Notes: generated from the sequence alone by a model not told the origin. A DNA stretch of 64,000 nt from Bacteroidetes bacterium UBA1941 (GCA_002336805.1 DDEZ01000011.1:130228-194227), one strand, 5' to 3'; positions 19,848 through 29,783 are shown, counted from the first letter of the stretch. Made by a program: numbers and translations.

Positions 19848-22115
19848 ATGAGCATCAAAGATATAGTCAATCGCGACCTGGTCAACCTGGAGAACTGCGA
19901 GAGTGAGCCGATCCATATACCCGGCTCGATACAGCCCCATGGCTTCCTGCTGGGCGTCAGTACAGCAGATCAGATAGAGTATTGCAGTGGCAATACAGCC
20001 ATACACACCGGTATGCCGGTAGAATCCCTGCTCGGAAAAAATCTCAGTGATATACTCGGAGCTAAGCAGAATACAGCGCTACATGAGTATCTCGTTACGC
20101 TCACTGGTAGCTTTGCTGCACCGATGTCCCTGACTATCGGCGAGAGAAATTTTGAGGCTACGATACACCGCACGGGTGATGTATACGTGCTGGAGTGTGA
20201 GCCTGCCATCTCGGAGCTACCGGACCTGACCGGGCTCTATACACAGACGCGCCATTTTGCCAGCTCTATGGAGCAGGCCACCAGCCTGCAGATGCTCAGT
20301 CAGGGCCTGGCAGATGAGACGCGCCGCGTGACCGGCTATGACAGGGTCATGATATACCGGTTTGATAGCGAGTACAACGGTGAGGTGATAGCCGAGAGCC
20401 GTCTGGAAGAGCTGGAGCCATTTCTCGGACTGCACTATCCACATACGGATATACCGCCTCAGGCGCGAGAACTCTACCGCCGCAATCTGATACGTGTGAT
20501 AGCAGATGTAGACTATGAGCCCGTGCCTATCTATACCTATAGCGGCAAAACAAATAAGGACCTGGACCTCACATATTCTATCCTGCGTAGCGTATCGCCC
20601 ATACACGTGCAGTACCTGCACAATATGGGGGTCAATGCATCACTGAGTATATCGCTCATGTCTGAGGGCCGGCTCTGGGGGCTCATAGCCTGCCACCACT
20701 ATCACGGCCCGCGCCCGGTCAATAGCCATGCACGCATCGCGGCGCGCCTGCAGGGCCACTTCATGTCATCTCAGATACGCGTACGAGAGATAGCAGAGGA
20801 GTTTGAGGCCACGCAGGTAGTGAGCCAATCTCTGGACCGCATGCTGGCCATGGACTTTGAGCTGGAGCGCAATGCATTTCACACCATCGCAGCCCAGCAG
20901 GACCTGCTCGACCTGTGTCACGCACGCGGGGTAGCTATCATCATAGATGATACAGTCTACAAGAACGGGCTCACTCCAGACGAAGCAGCTATACGCCATA
21001 TAGCTCAATGGGCAGGAGAGCAGTCTGTGAATGGTTACTTCAGCTCATCTCATCTATCACAGGCTTATCCACCGGCGGCCACACTGTGTGAAACGGCAGC
21101 GGGCATCGTATACCACGCGCTGGACAGATCTCACACTAATAGCATCATCTGGTTTAGGCCGGAGACGGTGCATGAGGTAAACTGGGCCGGAGATCCTGCC
21201 AAGGCAATAGAAAAGGATAAGGCGCAGCTCTCGCCGCGTAAATCATTTCAGACCTGGAAACAGGTAGTGCAATGCCAGAGTAAACCATGGGAGAAGGCAG
21301 AACTGAATACGGCTACGAACTATGCCTACTCGCTCCAGAAGCATATTAATACATTATTCCTACGCGAGGAGGAGACCAAATACAGGCTGCTGAGTGCCCG
21401 CCTCGGAGAGGCCTATCAGGAGCTCGAAAACCTCAACTGGATCAGCACGCATGACCTGAAGGAGCCGCTCAGGAAGATACAGGTCTTCGCATCGCGTATC
21501 ATAGATGCTGATAATATAGCGCTGCCGGATAATATAACAGCTCCGCTCCAAAAGATACAAGACTCGGCAAACCGTATGCAGCGACTGATCAATGATGTGC
21601 TCAGCTACTCCCGCGTGCGCAATAGTGAAGAGCGGCTGGCAGCAGTCTCTCTGGATCAGGTGATCCATGAAGTAGCCCATGATCTCAATGACGAGATACT
21701 AGCCACCGGAGCTATGCTGGACTATGATGAGCTACCGGAGATACAGGGCGTGTCGTTCCTGCTCGCTCAGCTATTCAGCAATCTGATCCGCAACTCAATG
21801 AAGTTTACGCGGGATGGTATCATACCACATATATCTGTACGCTATGAGGGGATGAAGGAGTATACCCCTATCGAAGAGCTGCCGATCAGGCTCTACCATC
21901 TCATCGCGATCTCTGATAATGGGATCGGATTTGAAGACAAGTATAGCAAGTCGATCTTCAAGGTATTCAGCCGGCTGCATGCGCACGCTGCATATGGAGG
22001 TACAGGCGTAGGCCTGGCACTCTGCAAGAAGATCATGGAGACGCATCATGGATTTATCAGTGCCAGGGGAGTACCGGGAGATGGAGCTACTTTCTATTTA
22101 TATTTTCCGGTGTGA
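19848..22115 (+). CDS. bphP: Bacteriophytochrome sensor histidine kinase (PAS-GAF-PHY-HisKA-HATPase)
   Basis: N-terminal NCESEPIHIPGSIQPHGFLL carries the biliverdin-binding Cys. GAF motifs RSVSPIHVQYL..MGV.ASL. H-box STHDLKEPLRKI. G-boxes DNGIGF and GTGVGLALCK. ATG at 19848 follows the bphO stop by 1 nt. Confidence 0.9.
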   Translation: MSIKDIVNRDLVNLENCESEPIHIPGSIQPHGFLLGVSTADQIEYCSGNTAIHTGMPVESLLGKNLSDILGAKQNTALHEYLVTLTGSFAAPMSLTIGERNFEATIHRTGDVYVLECEPAISELPDLTGLYTQTRHFASSMEQATSLQMLSQGLADETRRVTGYDRVMIYRFDSEYNGEVIAESRLEELEPFLGLHYPHTDIPPQARELYRRNLIRVIADVDYEPVPIYTYSGKTNKDLDLTYSILRSVSPIHVQYLHNMGVNASLSISLMSEGRLWGLIACHHYHGPRPVNSHARIAARLQGHFMSSQIRVREIAEEFEATQVVSQSLDRMLAMDFELERNAFHTIAAQQDLLDLCHARGVAIIIDDTVYKNGLTPDEAAIRHIAQWAGEQSVNGYFSSSHLSQAYPPAATLCETAAGIVYHALDRSHTNSIIWFRPETVHEVNWAGDPAKAIEKDKAQLSPRKSFQTWKQVVQCQSKPWEKAELNTATNYAYSLQKHINTLFLREEETKYRLLSARLGEAYQELENLNWISTHDLKEPLRKIQVFASRIIDADNIALPDNITAPLQKIQDSANRMQRLINDVLSYSRVRNSEERLAAVSLDQVIHEVAHDLNDEILATGAMLDYDELPEIQGVSFLLAQLFSNLIRNSMKFTRDGIIPHISVRYEGMKEYTPIEELPIRLYHLIAISDNGIGFEDKYSKSIFKVFSRLHAHAAYGGTGVGLALCKKIMETHHGFISARGVPGDGATFYLYFPV

Positions 22116-23267
22116 TCAGGCGCTCACCACAGGTCCATGAGTGGCTGCGATCAGCGCGCGCTCTACCGGCCGTATGGCATGCAGTGTACGGATCGCTATC
22201 TCAGATACAGTTTCATTGCCAAAGAGCCCCTGTATGGTCCTTCCCCAAAAGAGGCGCTTGCTGAAACGATGTTGCCACGTTCTGGTATATTCAGATTCCA
22301 GCGCTTTCCGCTTGCCAGCTGTCAGCTCTTCTTTTTTAATGTCCACCGCTATGATCAGTTCACTCAGTAGCTTGGCTGCGTGTATGGCCATGGACATGCC
22401 GTTGCCACACAGCGGCGTGATCAGCCCTGCAGCGTCACCGCACATCAGGATGTGATCTTCCACGGCCTTCTTAGCTGCAAATGAAAAGTCATTGATCACT
22501 TCAGGCTTAGTAAAGAGGAAATCGGACTGAGTGAAAATGCGTCGCAGTACCGGATTCTGATACATGATATGCTTCTGTATATCCGGTATGGTCTTGTAGA
22601 TTGCATTTCGCGGCCGGCGATAGAGGTAGCAAAGATTGTATTTATCATCCTCTATCCGCGATATACCGCAGTATCCTCCTTCAAAATTATCCAGGCCGAT
22701 CTCATCAGCCGGATAGTCAGTCTGTATATGATATTTCACTCCGAGGTAGCCGGTCCGCTCTTGCATGAAGTCGCGGTTAAGCTGCTTATCCAGCGTATCC
22801 CTTTTGCCATAGCTGCCTATGACCAGCGGTGCAGAATAGGTCTCGTCTGTGTTGGTTTTGATGGTAAAGTAGTTTTGCGCGAAGGCTACCTCGGAGACTT
22901 TTCTTTTGGACAGGACCTCTGCACCACTGCGCAGCGCCAGATCGCACATAGCCTGATCAAATGCGTAGCGACTGAGCCCAAAGGCACCCATATCCAGAGG
23001 CGCATAAACGTTTCTGCCAGAGGGCGTAGAGAGGCGCAGGCGGGATATGGTACTCGCACCGAGCTGGTACGGATCCATACCCAGTGACTTTAGAAATGGC
23101 AGTACCTCATTGCTGACATACTCGCCACATACTTTGTGAGACGGGTAAATACCTTTCTCCAGGACCAGCACGTCCAGGCCAGCCCGTGAGAGCATGATAG
23201 CGGCAGTCAAACCTGCGAGGCCGCCACCTATGATGATCACATCCCTATCGGTACGTGTGTCGCCCAT
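22116..23267 (-). CDS. FAD-dependent oxidoreductase/monooxygenase (geranylgeranyl-reductase-like; SrsC/AgqB-like role)
   Basis: N-terminal Rossmann motif IIIGGGLAGLTAAIMLSRAGLDVLVLEK and a later GDAAG motif. Third gene of the PKS operon. Confidence 0.8.
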   Translation of the reverse strand: MGDTRTDRDVIIIGGGLAGLTAAIMLSRAGLDVLVLEKGIYPSHKVCGEYVSNEVLPFLKSLGMDPYQLGASTISRLRLSTPSGRNVYAPLDMGAFGLSRYAFDQAMCDLALRSGAEVLSKRKVSEVAFAQNYFTIKTNTDETYSAPLVIGSYGKRDTLDKQLNRDFMQERTGYLGVKYHIQTDYPADEIGLDNFEGGYCGISRIEDDKYNLCYLYRRPRNAIYKTIPDIQKHIMYQNPVLRRIFTQSDFLFTKPEVINDFSFAAKKAVEDHILMCGDAAGLITPLCGNGMSMAIHAAKLLSELIIAVDIKKEELTAGKRKALESEYTRTWQHRFSKRLFWGRTIQGLFGNETVSEIAIRTLHAIRPVERALIAATHGPVVSA

Positions 23268-23268
23268 C

Positions 23269-23967
23269 CTATTTCCTGATGATGATCTGCCAGCGGAATG
23301 CCCACATCCAGCGCAGCGAGTATTTTTCTATCCCGGCATCGGCCAGCACGGCCTGCCACTCCCTGCGGGTGAGTGAACGTGCCACAGACAGTGCGGCATC
23401 ATAGCGCACCAGCGCATTGCGGGAGAAAAGCGCCGTCAATACTTTGATAGAATAATAGGCAAACCAATGGCGATGAATATCATTGATGATCACAGTCTGC
23501 GATGCCAGCTGGTGCATACGCCGCACAAGTGTGACCAGCTGCTCCTGGTCAAAATGGTGACAGAAAAGAGAATTGATGATCACATCTGCCTTCTCATCCA
23601 TCAGCCGGTCATCCAGCACATTCATCGTGCGGTAGTGGATATTAGGAAACACAAGAGACTCCTCACGGGCGAAAGCCGTCATCACGGGATTGCAGTCTAT
23701 GCCTATCAGGTTTACATGTCGCCTGTGCTGCAGCGCCCAGTCTGCTATAGCGCGCAGCATATCACCGCCGCCGCAGCCAAGGTCTACTATGGTGAGTGTT
23801 TTATCGGTCCATTCCAGCTTGTCCAGCGCGTCAAATATCACATTGTACCCGCCCAGGAGTTTATTGATCGTATCGATCTCGCGCAGGGCATGGCGCGTCT
23901 CTATTTCACCTGCGGTAGGCAGGTCCATCAGCTCTGTATCGAGCGCTCTAATGGTGAGGTTTGGCAT
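23269..23967 (-). CDS. Class I SAM-dependent methyltransferase
   Basis: Motif I IVDLGCGGGDM. 232 aa. Overlaps the PKS gene end by 40 nt. Confidence 0.8.
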   Translation of the reverse strand: MPNLTIRALDTELMDLPTAGEIETRHALREIDTINKLLGGYNVIFDALDKLEWTDKTLTIVDLGCGGGDMLRAIADWALQHRRHVNLIGIDCNPVMTAFAREESLVFPNIHYRTMNVLDDRLMDEKADVIINSLFCHHFDQEQLVTLVRRMHQLASQTVIINDIHRHWFAYYSIKVLTALFSRNALVRYDAALSVARSLTRREWQAVLADAGIEKYSLRWMWAFRWQIIIRK

Positions 23968-25106
23968 GTTGTATTCTTTTTGTGGGTGAGTGATATCTCT
24001 GCGATCATAGACTCCATGGTCAGGCCTGGGCCAAAGGCGTAAGCCAGCATTTTTTTGCCGGCATCGGCACGCTTTAGCTCTTTCATATATTGCTTCAGTA
24101 CAAAGAGGATGGTGACCGATGACATATTGCCATGGTCTCTCAGTACATCATACGAGTGCTTGTTTTGCTCCTTACTTATTCCTAACGCCTTCTCGCAGGC
24201 CTCTAGTATACTCACCCCTCCCGGATGCAGGGCATAAAAACTAATATCCTCCTGCGTGAGGTCTGCCCGCTCAAATATTTTCTCCATGATCGTCCTGATA
24301 TTACGCTCTATCAGGTCCGGCACATAGGAGCTTAGCTTCAGGTCAAAACCATGATCCCCTATGCGCCAGGCCATTTCTTCTTTGCCGGCAGACTCAAACT
24401 CTGCATAGAAGCTGTCAAGCGCGAGTACGGGAGCCCCATCTGTACGGCTGATAGGAGCAGCTGATATGATAGCTGCAGCCGCACCATCTGCAAATAGCGC
24501 ATTGGCCACGATCTGATCTTCGGTCTCATTTTTCTGATAGTGCAGCGTGCATAGCTCTATACCTACTATCAGCACTACAGCGTCCGGTTCGGCTTTCGAT
24601 ATGTAGTAGGCAGATTTGATAGCATTGATAGCTGCATAGCAGCCCATAAAATTCACGCAGGTACGCTCTACATTTTTATTGAGCGCGAGCCGCTCTACCA
24701 GCTGTATATCTAGCCCCGGCGCATACATACCTGTACAGCTGAAGGTGACGATGTGGCTTATACGTGCTATATCCAGCTCATCGAGCTGAGACAGGCAGTC
24801 ATTGACCGCCTGCATACACAGGTCAGGCGCTTGCTCTTCAAAAATCTTCATCCGCGTGGAAACTGGGGTCATGCGATCCTGATCGGACGGGAAAAAGAGA
24901 ATATTTTCCCCAGTCTCCGGCCGGCCAAACTCCTCCAGCACACTATGGCGGTGCTCAATCCCTGTGCGCCCATATATTTTGCGGATCTGAAGTTTCTGCT
25001 TGCGCCCTATAGCAGGCGAGGCCTGTAGCAGGTCGTGGTGTGTACGCTGAGCTATTTTGAATGCCGGCAGTGCTGTGCCTATACTGTAAATGTGAGGACG
25101 AGCCAT
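23928..25106 (-). CDS. Type III polyketide synthase (chalcone synthase superfamily)
   Basis: Cys-His-Asn triad contexts: NFMGCYAAINA, YALHPGGVSIL, DHGNMSSVTILF. Confidence 0.9.
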   Translation of the reverse strand: MARPHIYSIGTALPAFKIAQRTHHDLLQASPAIGRKQKLQIRKIYGRTGIEHRHSVLEEFGRPETGENILFFPSDQDRMTPVSTRMKIFEEQAPDLCMQAVNDCLSQLDELDIARISHIVTFSCTGMYAPGLDIQLVERLALNKNVERTCVNFMGCYAAINAIKSAYYISKAEPDAVVLIVGIELCTLHYQKNETEDQIVANALFADGAAAAIISAAPISRTDGAPVLALDSFYAEFESAGKEEMAWRIGDHGFDLKLSSYVPDLIERNIRTIMEKIFERADLTQEDISFYALHPGGVSILEACEKALGISKEQNKHSYDVLRDHGNMSSVTILFVLKQYMKELKRADAGKKMLAYAFGPGLTMESMIAEISLTHKKNTTCQTSPLERSIQS

Positions 25107-25188
25107 GAGATAGATGGTTTACTGAGATATACTAAATGGAGCGGGGTCCGGTTTTTGTAAAACAATTATTAAACCATTCCCCACGCGT

Positions 25189-26112
25189 ATGGCAGATTCC
25201 GTCACCACCCACCGTACAGGCAGGTCCCTCTTAGGTATTTTTGACCGTGATACGATCATACTATTGCGTATCCCTTTCTCTTTTTTCCTGCTTCCTATTT
25301 ATGTTTTTGGCCTTAGTCAGGCGGAGAATATTGATTGGGCGCATACACTGGTGCTTTTTTTTGTGCTGCACCTCTTCATCTATCCCGGTAGCAATGCGTA
25401 CAACAGCTACATGGATCAGGACAAAGGAAGTATAGGCGGCCTGGAGGCACCACCCAAGGCTACCAGAAACCTCTACTATGCCAGCATGGTGATGGACGTA
25501 CTCGGGCTCGCATTAAGCTTTTTGATAGGCTGGCAGCTGTGTGTCCTGATAGCAATCTACATAGCAGTATCCAAGGCCTATAGCTGGCACGGCATCAGGC
25601 TCAAGAAATATGGTGTCATAGCCTGGCTGGTGGTAGTTTTGTTTCAAGGTGCCTACACATACATGGTAGTCAATATGACGGCGCAGGGTGATTTCACCGC
25701 GCAGTGGTTTACTATGAAAAATCTTTTGTGCATGGCTATTGCCACGCTGCTGATAGGAGGCTTTTATCCACTGACGCAGATCTATCAGCATGAGGAGGAT
25801 AGCTCCAGGGGAGATATGACCATCAGCTACCGCCTAGGCATCATCGGCACCTTTGTTTTCACGGCCTTGTTATTTCTGATAGGGAATGTTGCTGCATATT
25901 TCTACTTCACTACCTTCCATTCGCTCAGCCATTTCCTGATATTTAATATCTGCCTGCTGCCAGTTACCGCCTATTTTTTATATTGGTTTGCTATCACCCT
26001 AAAAGACAAAAGCGAGGCCGATTTCGCGCATTCCGCGCGTATGACCTTGCTTTCATCCAGCTTTATGATAGCTTGCTTCAGTGTGCTATTGTATCTTAAT
26101 CAATCTCACTGA
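25189..26112 (+). CDS. UbiA family aromatic prenyltransferase
   Basis: 307-aa polytopic protein with the Asp-rich motif NAYNSYMDQDKG. Divergent from the PKS operon. Confidence 0.8.
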   Translation: MADSVTTHRTGRSLLGIFDRDTIILLRIPFSFFLLPIYVFGLSQAENIDWAHTLVLFFVLHLFIYPGSNAYNSYMDQDKGSIGGLEAPPKATRNLYYASMVMDVLGLALSFLIGWQLCVLIAIYIAVSKAYSWHGIRLKKYGVIAWLVVVLFQGAYTYMVVNMTAQGDFTAQWFTMKNLLCMAIATLLIGGFYPLTQIYQHEEDSSRGDMTISYRLGIIGTFVFTALLFLIGNVAAYFYFTTFHSLSHFLIFNICLLPVTAYFLYWFAITLKDKSEADFAHSARMTLLSSSFMIACFSVLLYLNQSH

Positions 26113-26117
26113 TCCGA

Positions 26118-26465
26118 TCAGCTGCCGAGGCTGTAGTAATTGTTTTCTTCGTCTTCGTCACCGTTTGCGCGGCTATGCTCGTCTTCACCGTTGCCAGGTA
26201 CATCCAGGTCTTCACCTGTCATATCTTCATCGAAACTTTTCTCATTAGGTGCATCCGGATCTTCATTGCGGCTTTTGCGGCGATGTGTATCATCAGGATC
26301 TACATTCGGATCTATTTCACCTTGATTGTAAATATCTTCGCTGGCAGGATACGGATCCAATGAAGCATATTTTTGATCTCCTTTAGGATTGCTCTTTGGA
26401 GACTTGTGGGTCGGAGTTGTTTCACTCTTCTTAGTGTGCGGTTGTTGTTTTTTGGTATCAGACAT
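26118..26465 (-). CDS. Small acidic, low-complexity (probably disordered) protein
   Basis: About 115 aa from the internal ATG (MSDTKKQQ...). Extremely D/E/P/N-rich, ending in EDEENNYYSLGS. No family assigned. Confidence 0.45.
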   Translation of the reverse strand: MSDTKKQQPHTKKSETTPTHKSPKSNPKGDQKYASLDPYPASEDIYNQGEIDPNVDPDDTHRRKSRNEDPDAPNEKSFDEDMTGEDLDVPGNGEDEHSRANGDEDEENNYYSLGS

Positions 26466-26553
26466 GACTTCAATTTTTATGTGTTCACAAAATGTATCTA
26501 CACATAAAGACGCCCAAACTTCATGCCTGCTCACATGGGGAAAAAAGAGGCAG

Positions 26554-27639
26554 TTATTTCTCCATCACCTTGCCCTGGTGCACGATGCTTTCATTGTGTA
26601 TTTGCTGGAACAGCTTGAGTATGAATTCTTCAGTCAGTCCTCCCGTCTTGCCATTAGACAGGGCTCGCTTTACTATGGCTGCCCAGCGCTCGCTCTGGTG
26701 TATGGCCAGGCCGTGATCCTTTTTAAACTGGCCTATCTGCTCGCTCAGCCCCATACGCTCTGCCAGCATCTCGATGATGTAGTCGTCTATGCGGTCCACT
26801 TTGGCACGCAGCTCATGCAGGGTGTGAAATTCATTTTCGGGCAGGTGTGGCTGGCGTATCACCAGGTCTCGCAGGATATTTCCGAGTACCTCAGGTGTCA
26901 CTTGTTGTTTGGCATCGCTCCAGGCTTTGTCCGGATTGATATGCGTCTCTATCATCAGGCCATCGAAACCCATGTCCATAGCCTGCTGTGAGAGTGGATA
27001 GATCAGCTCCCGTGTGCCACCCATATGAGATGGATCTACGATGATCGGGATCTGCGGGTGCCGGCGACGCAGCTCTATCGGCATCTCCCACATAGGCGGG
27101 TTGCGGTAGGTAGACTTCTCATAGGTAGAGAAGCCGCGGTGTATGGCCGCTATCTTTGTGATGCCTACCTGCGTGAAGCGCTCTATAGCACCCAGCCAGA
27201 GCTCCAGGTCAGGATTCACAGGGTTTTTGATCATGACCGGTATGTCTATGCCACGCAGCGCATCTGCTATCTCCTGCACGATGAAAGGAGAGACAGTACT
27301 GCGCGCACCGATCCAGAGCACATCTATTTCGTTTTTGAGCGCCAGCTCTACATGGCCGGAGTTGGCCACTTCTACAGATACCGGCAGCCCTACGGCATTT
27401 CCTGCCGCCTTGACCCACGGCAGGCCTATGGCACCTACTCCCTCAAAGGAGTTTGGCCTCGTGCGGGGCTTCCACACACCGGCGCGTATCATGCCTATCT
27501 GGTCAGATGCGGCCACCATGCGGCGCACGGTCTGCATCACCTGATCCTCAGTCTCGGCACTGCAGGGGCCGGCTATGATGAGAGGTTTTTTGCCTCCGCT
27601 CCAGGAGGTCATGGGGGCTATATTTTCAAAAAAGGACAT
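26554..27639 (-). CDS. Bifunctional 3-deoxy-7-phosphoheptulonate (DAHP) synthase / chorismate mutase type II
   Basis: KDSA-like type I-beta DAHPS body (IIAGPCS.E, DPSH) with a C-terminal chorismate mutase helix bundle (LRAKVDRIDDYIIEMLAERM...). Confidence 0.85.
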   Translation of the reverse strand: MSFFENIAPMTSWSGGKKPLIIAGPCSAETEDQVMQTVRRMVAASDQIGMIRAGVWKPRTRPNSFEGVGAIGLPWVKAAGNAVGLPVSVEVANSGHVELALKNEIDVLWIGARSTVSPFIVQEIADALRGIDIPVMIKNPVNPDLELWLGAIERFTQVGITKIAAIHRGFSTYEKSTYRNPPMWEMPIELRRRHPQIPIIVDPSHMGGTRELIYPLSQQAMDMGFDGLMIETHINPDKAWSDAKQQVTPEVLGNILRDLVIRQPHLPENEFHTLHELRAKVDRIDDYIIEMLAERMGLSEQIGQFKKDHGLAIHQSERWAAIVKRALSNGKTGGLTEEFILKLFQQIHNESIVHQGKVMEK

Positions 27640-27643
27640 CGGT

Positions 27644-27651
27644 CAAAGTTA
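27644..27651 (-). promoter_or_regulatory. Bacteroidota-type -7 promoter box
   Basis: Exact TAACTTTG on the minus strand, 4 nt upstream of the DAHP synthase ATG (27639). Implies a near-leaderless mRNA. Confidence 0.4.
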
Positions 27652-27839
27652 GGCTTTAATATGAAGACGAACTACATGGGAGAAATTGTTTAGCAGGAGC
27701 GTTTGTTCGCTGCGAGGGGCAGATCTGCCAGCCAGACAATATAGAGTGTGTATAAAATATTGACTACAAGCTATTTTTAACAAATCAATTATATATTTTA
27801 GAAGTAGACAATTATAGTTTCATTTCAAATTAACCCTCG

Positions 27840-29762
27840 ATGAAAAAACTCTATTTATCCCTCCTCCTGCTCAGCGGCATAGCCGGTGTACAGGCTCAGC
27901 GCAGCTGTGCTACTATGGATGTATATGCAGCTCAGCTACAAGACAATCCATCCCTGTCAGTGACCCGTCAGGAGATCGAAGAATTCACCCAGCACTATGT
28001 GGCCACGCATCAGGCTGGCTCACGTGCCACAGTGACCATACCTGTAGTGGTACATGTGGTATACAATACTACCGCTCAGAATATATCTGACGCGCAAGTA
28101 CTCTCCCAGATCACTGTACTAAATGCTGACTACAGCAAGACCAATGCCGATATCTCTGGTGTACCATCAGCCTTTAGCAGCCTGACAGGCAATCCTGCCG
28201 TACAGTTTTGTATGGCTCAGCGTGACCCTAGTGGCAATGCTACGACAGGTATCATCCGTAAGGCTACGACTACGACCTCTTTTTCTACCAATGACTATGT
28301 GAAGCAAAGCTCCAAAGGTGGTGACGATGCCTGGCCTGCAGCCTCGTATCTCAATCTATGGGTGTGCAATCTGGGCGGCGGCCTGCTGGGCTATGCTCAG
28401 TTTCCCGGTGGTGCTGCAGCGACTGACGGCGTGGTGATCAACTATACTGCCTTTGGCAATACGGGTACTGCAGCCTCACCATACAATAAAGGCCGCACCG
28501 CTACCCACGAGGTAGGCCACTGGCTGAACCTCTACCATATCTGGGGCGATGATAATGGTGCCTGCACCGGCTCTGACAATGTAGGTGATACTCCCAATCA
28601 GGGAAGCGAAAACTACGGCTGCCCTACCTTCCCACACGTATCATGCAGCAATGGCCCCAACGGCGATATGTTCATGAACTATATGGACTATACTGATGAC
28701 GCCTGTATGTTTATGTTCTCTGCCGGTCAGGTAGCACGTATGCAGGCGCTCTTTGCTACAGGTGGCGCACGCGTATCGCTGCTGTCATCTCTGGGCTGCT
28801 CAGCACCATCCGGCGGTACTACGACCTGTGGTACAGTGTCAGGCCTCGCTGCATCATCTATCACTACCACCACGGCTACGCTGTCATGGACAGCCGTGAG
28901 TGGTGCTTCATCTTATAACGTACAATACAAACCATCTACCTCATCTACCTGGACCACTACTACGAGTACTACAGCGTCTAAGGCGCTGACCGGCCTCACT
29001 GCCGGCACAGCCTACAGCTATCAGGTACAGGCAGTATGCAGCTCAGGCAGCGGTACTTATTCGGCAGCATCCTCTTTCACCACTACAGCTGCTACCACAG
29101 GCTGTACAGATGCCTATGAGACCAATAATACCCTGGCCACTGCTGCTGCTATACCTGTCAATACAGCTATCACAGCCCTGATCGGTACTGCTACTGACAA
29201 GGACTACTTCAAATTCACTAATACATCTACGCAGAAGAATATCAAGGTAACGCTGACCAATCTGCCAAAAGACTATGACCTGAAACTGTACAACTCAGCT
29301 GGTACCCTGCTCTACACCTCTCAAAACTCCGGTACTACCAGTGAGACCATCAAGTACAATAATGCTCCGGTAGGCACCTACACAGCATATGTATATGGCT
29401 ACAGCAGCGCCTATAGTGCTACGAGCTGCTACACGCTCACAGCCTCTATAGGTAGTGCAGCATGGCGCGAGGCTGAGGAAGAAAATACAGTGACTGGCAA
29501 ACTGACAGACATCACTTACAATCTGTATCCTAATCCCAATAATGGCAGGTTTAACCTCATGATATCTACTACGGAGCCTACTACTGTAGCTGTACGTGTG
29601 ATAGATATGCTGGGCAATACAGTGGCCGTAAAGGACATAGCAGATGTATCAGGCATCAGCGAGTCTGAAGTGGACCTGCAGGGTGTAGCCGCAGGTGTCT
29701 ACCATGTCATGATCTCTGATGGCAAGTCTACAGAGGTGCGCCGGATAGTCGTGTCGCAATAA
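27840..29762 (+). CDS. Secreted M43 (cytophagalysin/pappalysin-like) zinc metalloprotease with FN3, PPC-like and T9SS C-terminal domains
   Basis: HEVGHWLNLYHIWGDD zinc site. FN3-like TATLSWTAVSGASSYNVQYK. Pre-peptidase C-terminal-like block. C-terminal YNLYPNPNNGRF...VYHVMISDG sorting domain. Confidence 0.85.
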   Translation: MKKLYLSLLLLSGIAGVQAQRSCATMDVYAAQLQDNPSLSVTRQEIEEFTQHYVATHQAGSRATVTIPVVVHVVYNTTAQNISDAQVLSQITVLNADYSKTNADISGVPSAFSSLTGNPAVQFCMAQRDPSGNATTGIIRKATTTTSFSTNDYVKQSSKGGDDAWPAASYLNLWVCNLGGGLLGYAQFPGGAAATDGVVINYTAFGNTGTAASPYNKGRTATHEVGHWLNLYHIWGDDNGACTGSDNVGDTPNQGSENYGCPTFPHVSCSNGPNGDMFMNYMDYTDDACMFMFSAGQVARMQALFATGGARVSLLSSLGCSAPSGGTTTCGTVSGLAASSITTTTATLSWTAVSGASSYNVQYKPSTSSTWTTTTSTTASKALTGLTAGTAYSYQVQAVCSSGSGTYSAASSFTTTAATTGCTDAYETNNTLATAAAIPVNTAITALIGTATDKDYFKFTNTSTQKNIKVTLTNLPKDYDLKLYNSAGTLLYTSQNSGTTSETIKYNNAPVGTYTAYVYGYSSAYSATSCYTLTASIGSAAWREAEEENTVTGKLTDITYNLYPNPNNGRFNLMISTTEPTTVAVRVIDMLGNTVAVKDIADVSGISESEVDLQGVAAGVYHVMISDGKSTEVRRIVVSQ

Positions 29763-29783
29763 GATATCCCCCTGAATAGTGAA

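Noticed and set aside
22113-22118. Back-to-back stop codons forming TGATCA between bphP and the FAD oxidoreductase gene
   Set aside because: This is a simple consequence of convergent genes with zero spacing. I noted it under the phytochrome finding but do not treat it as a feature.
26389-26991. 200-aa plus-strand ORF spanning the acidic-protein gene start and the DAHP synthase 3' end
   Set aside because: It crosses an intergenic region and lies antisense to two better-supported minus-strand genes. No motifs were found.
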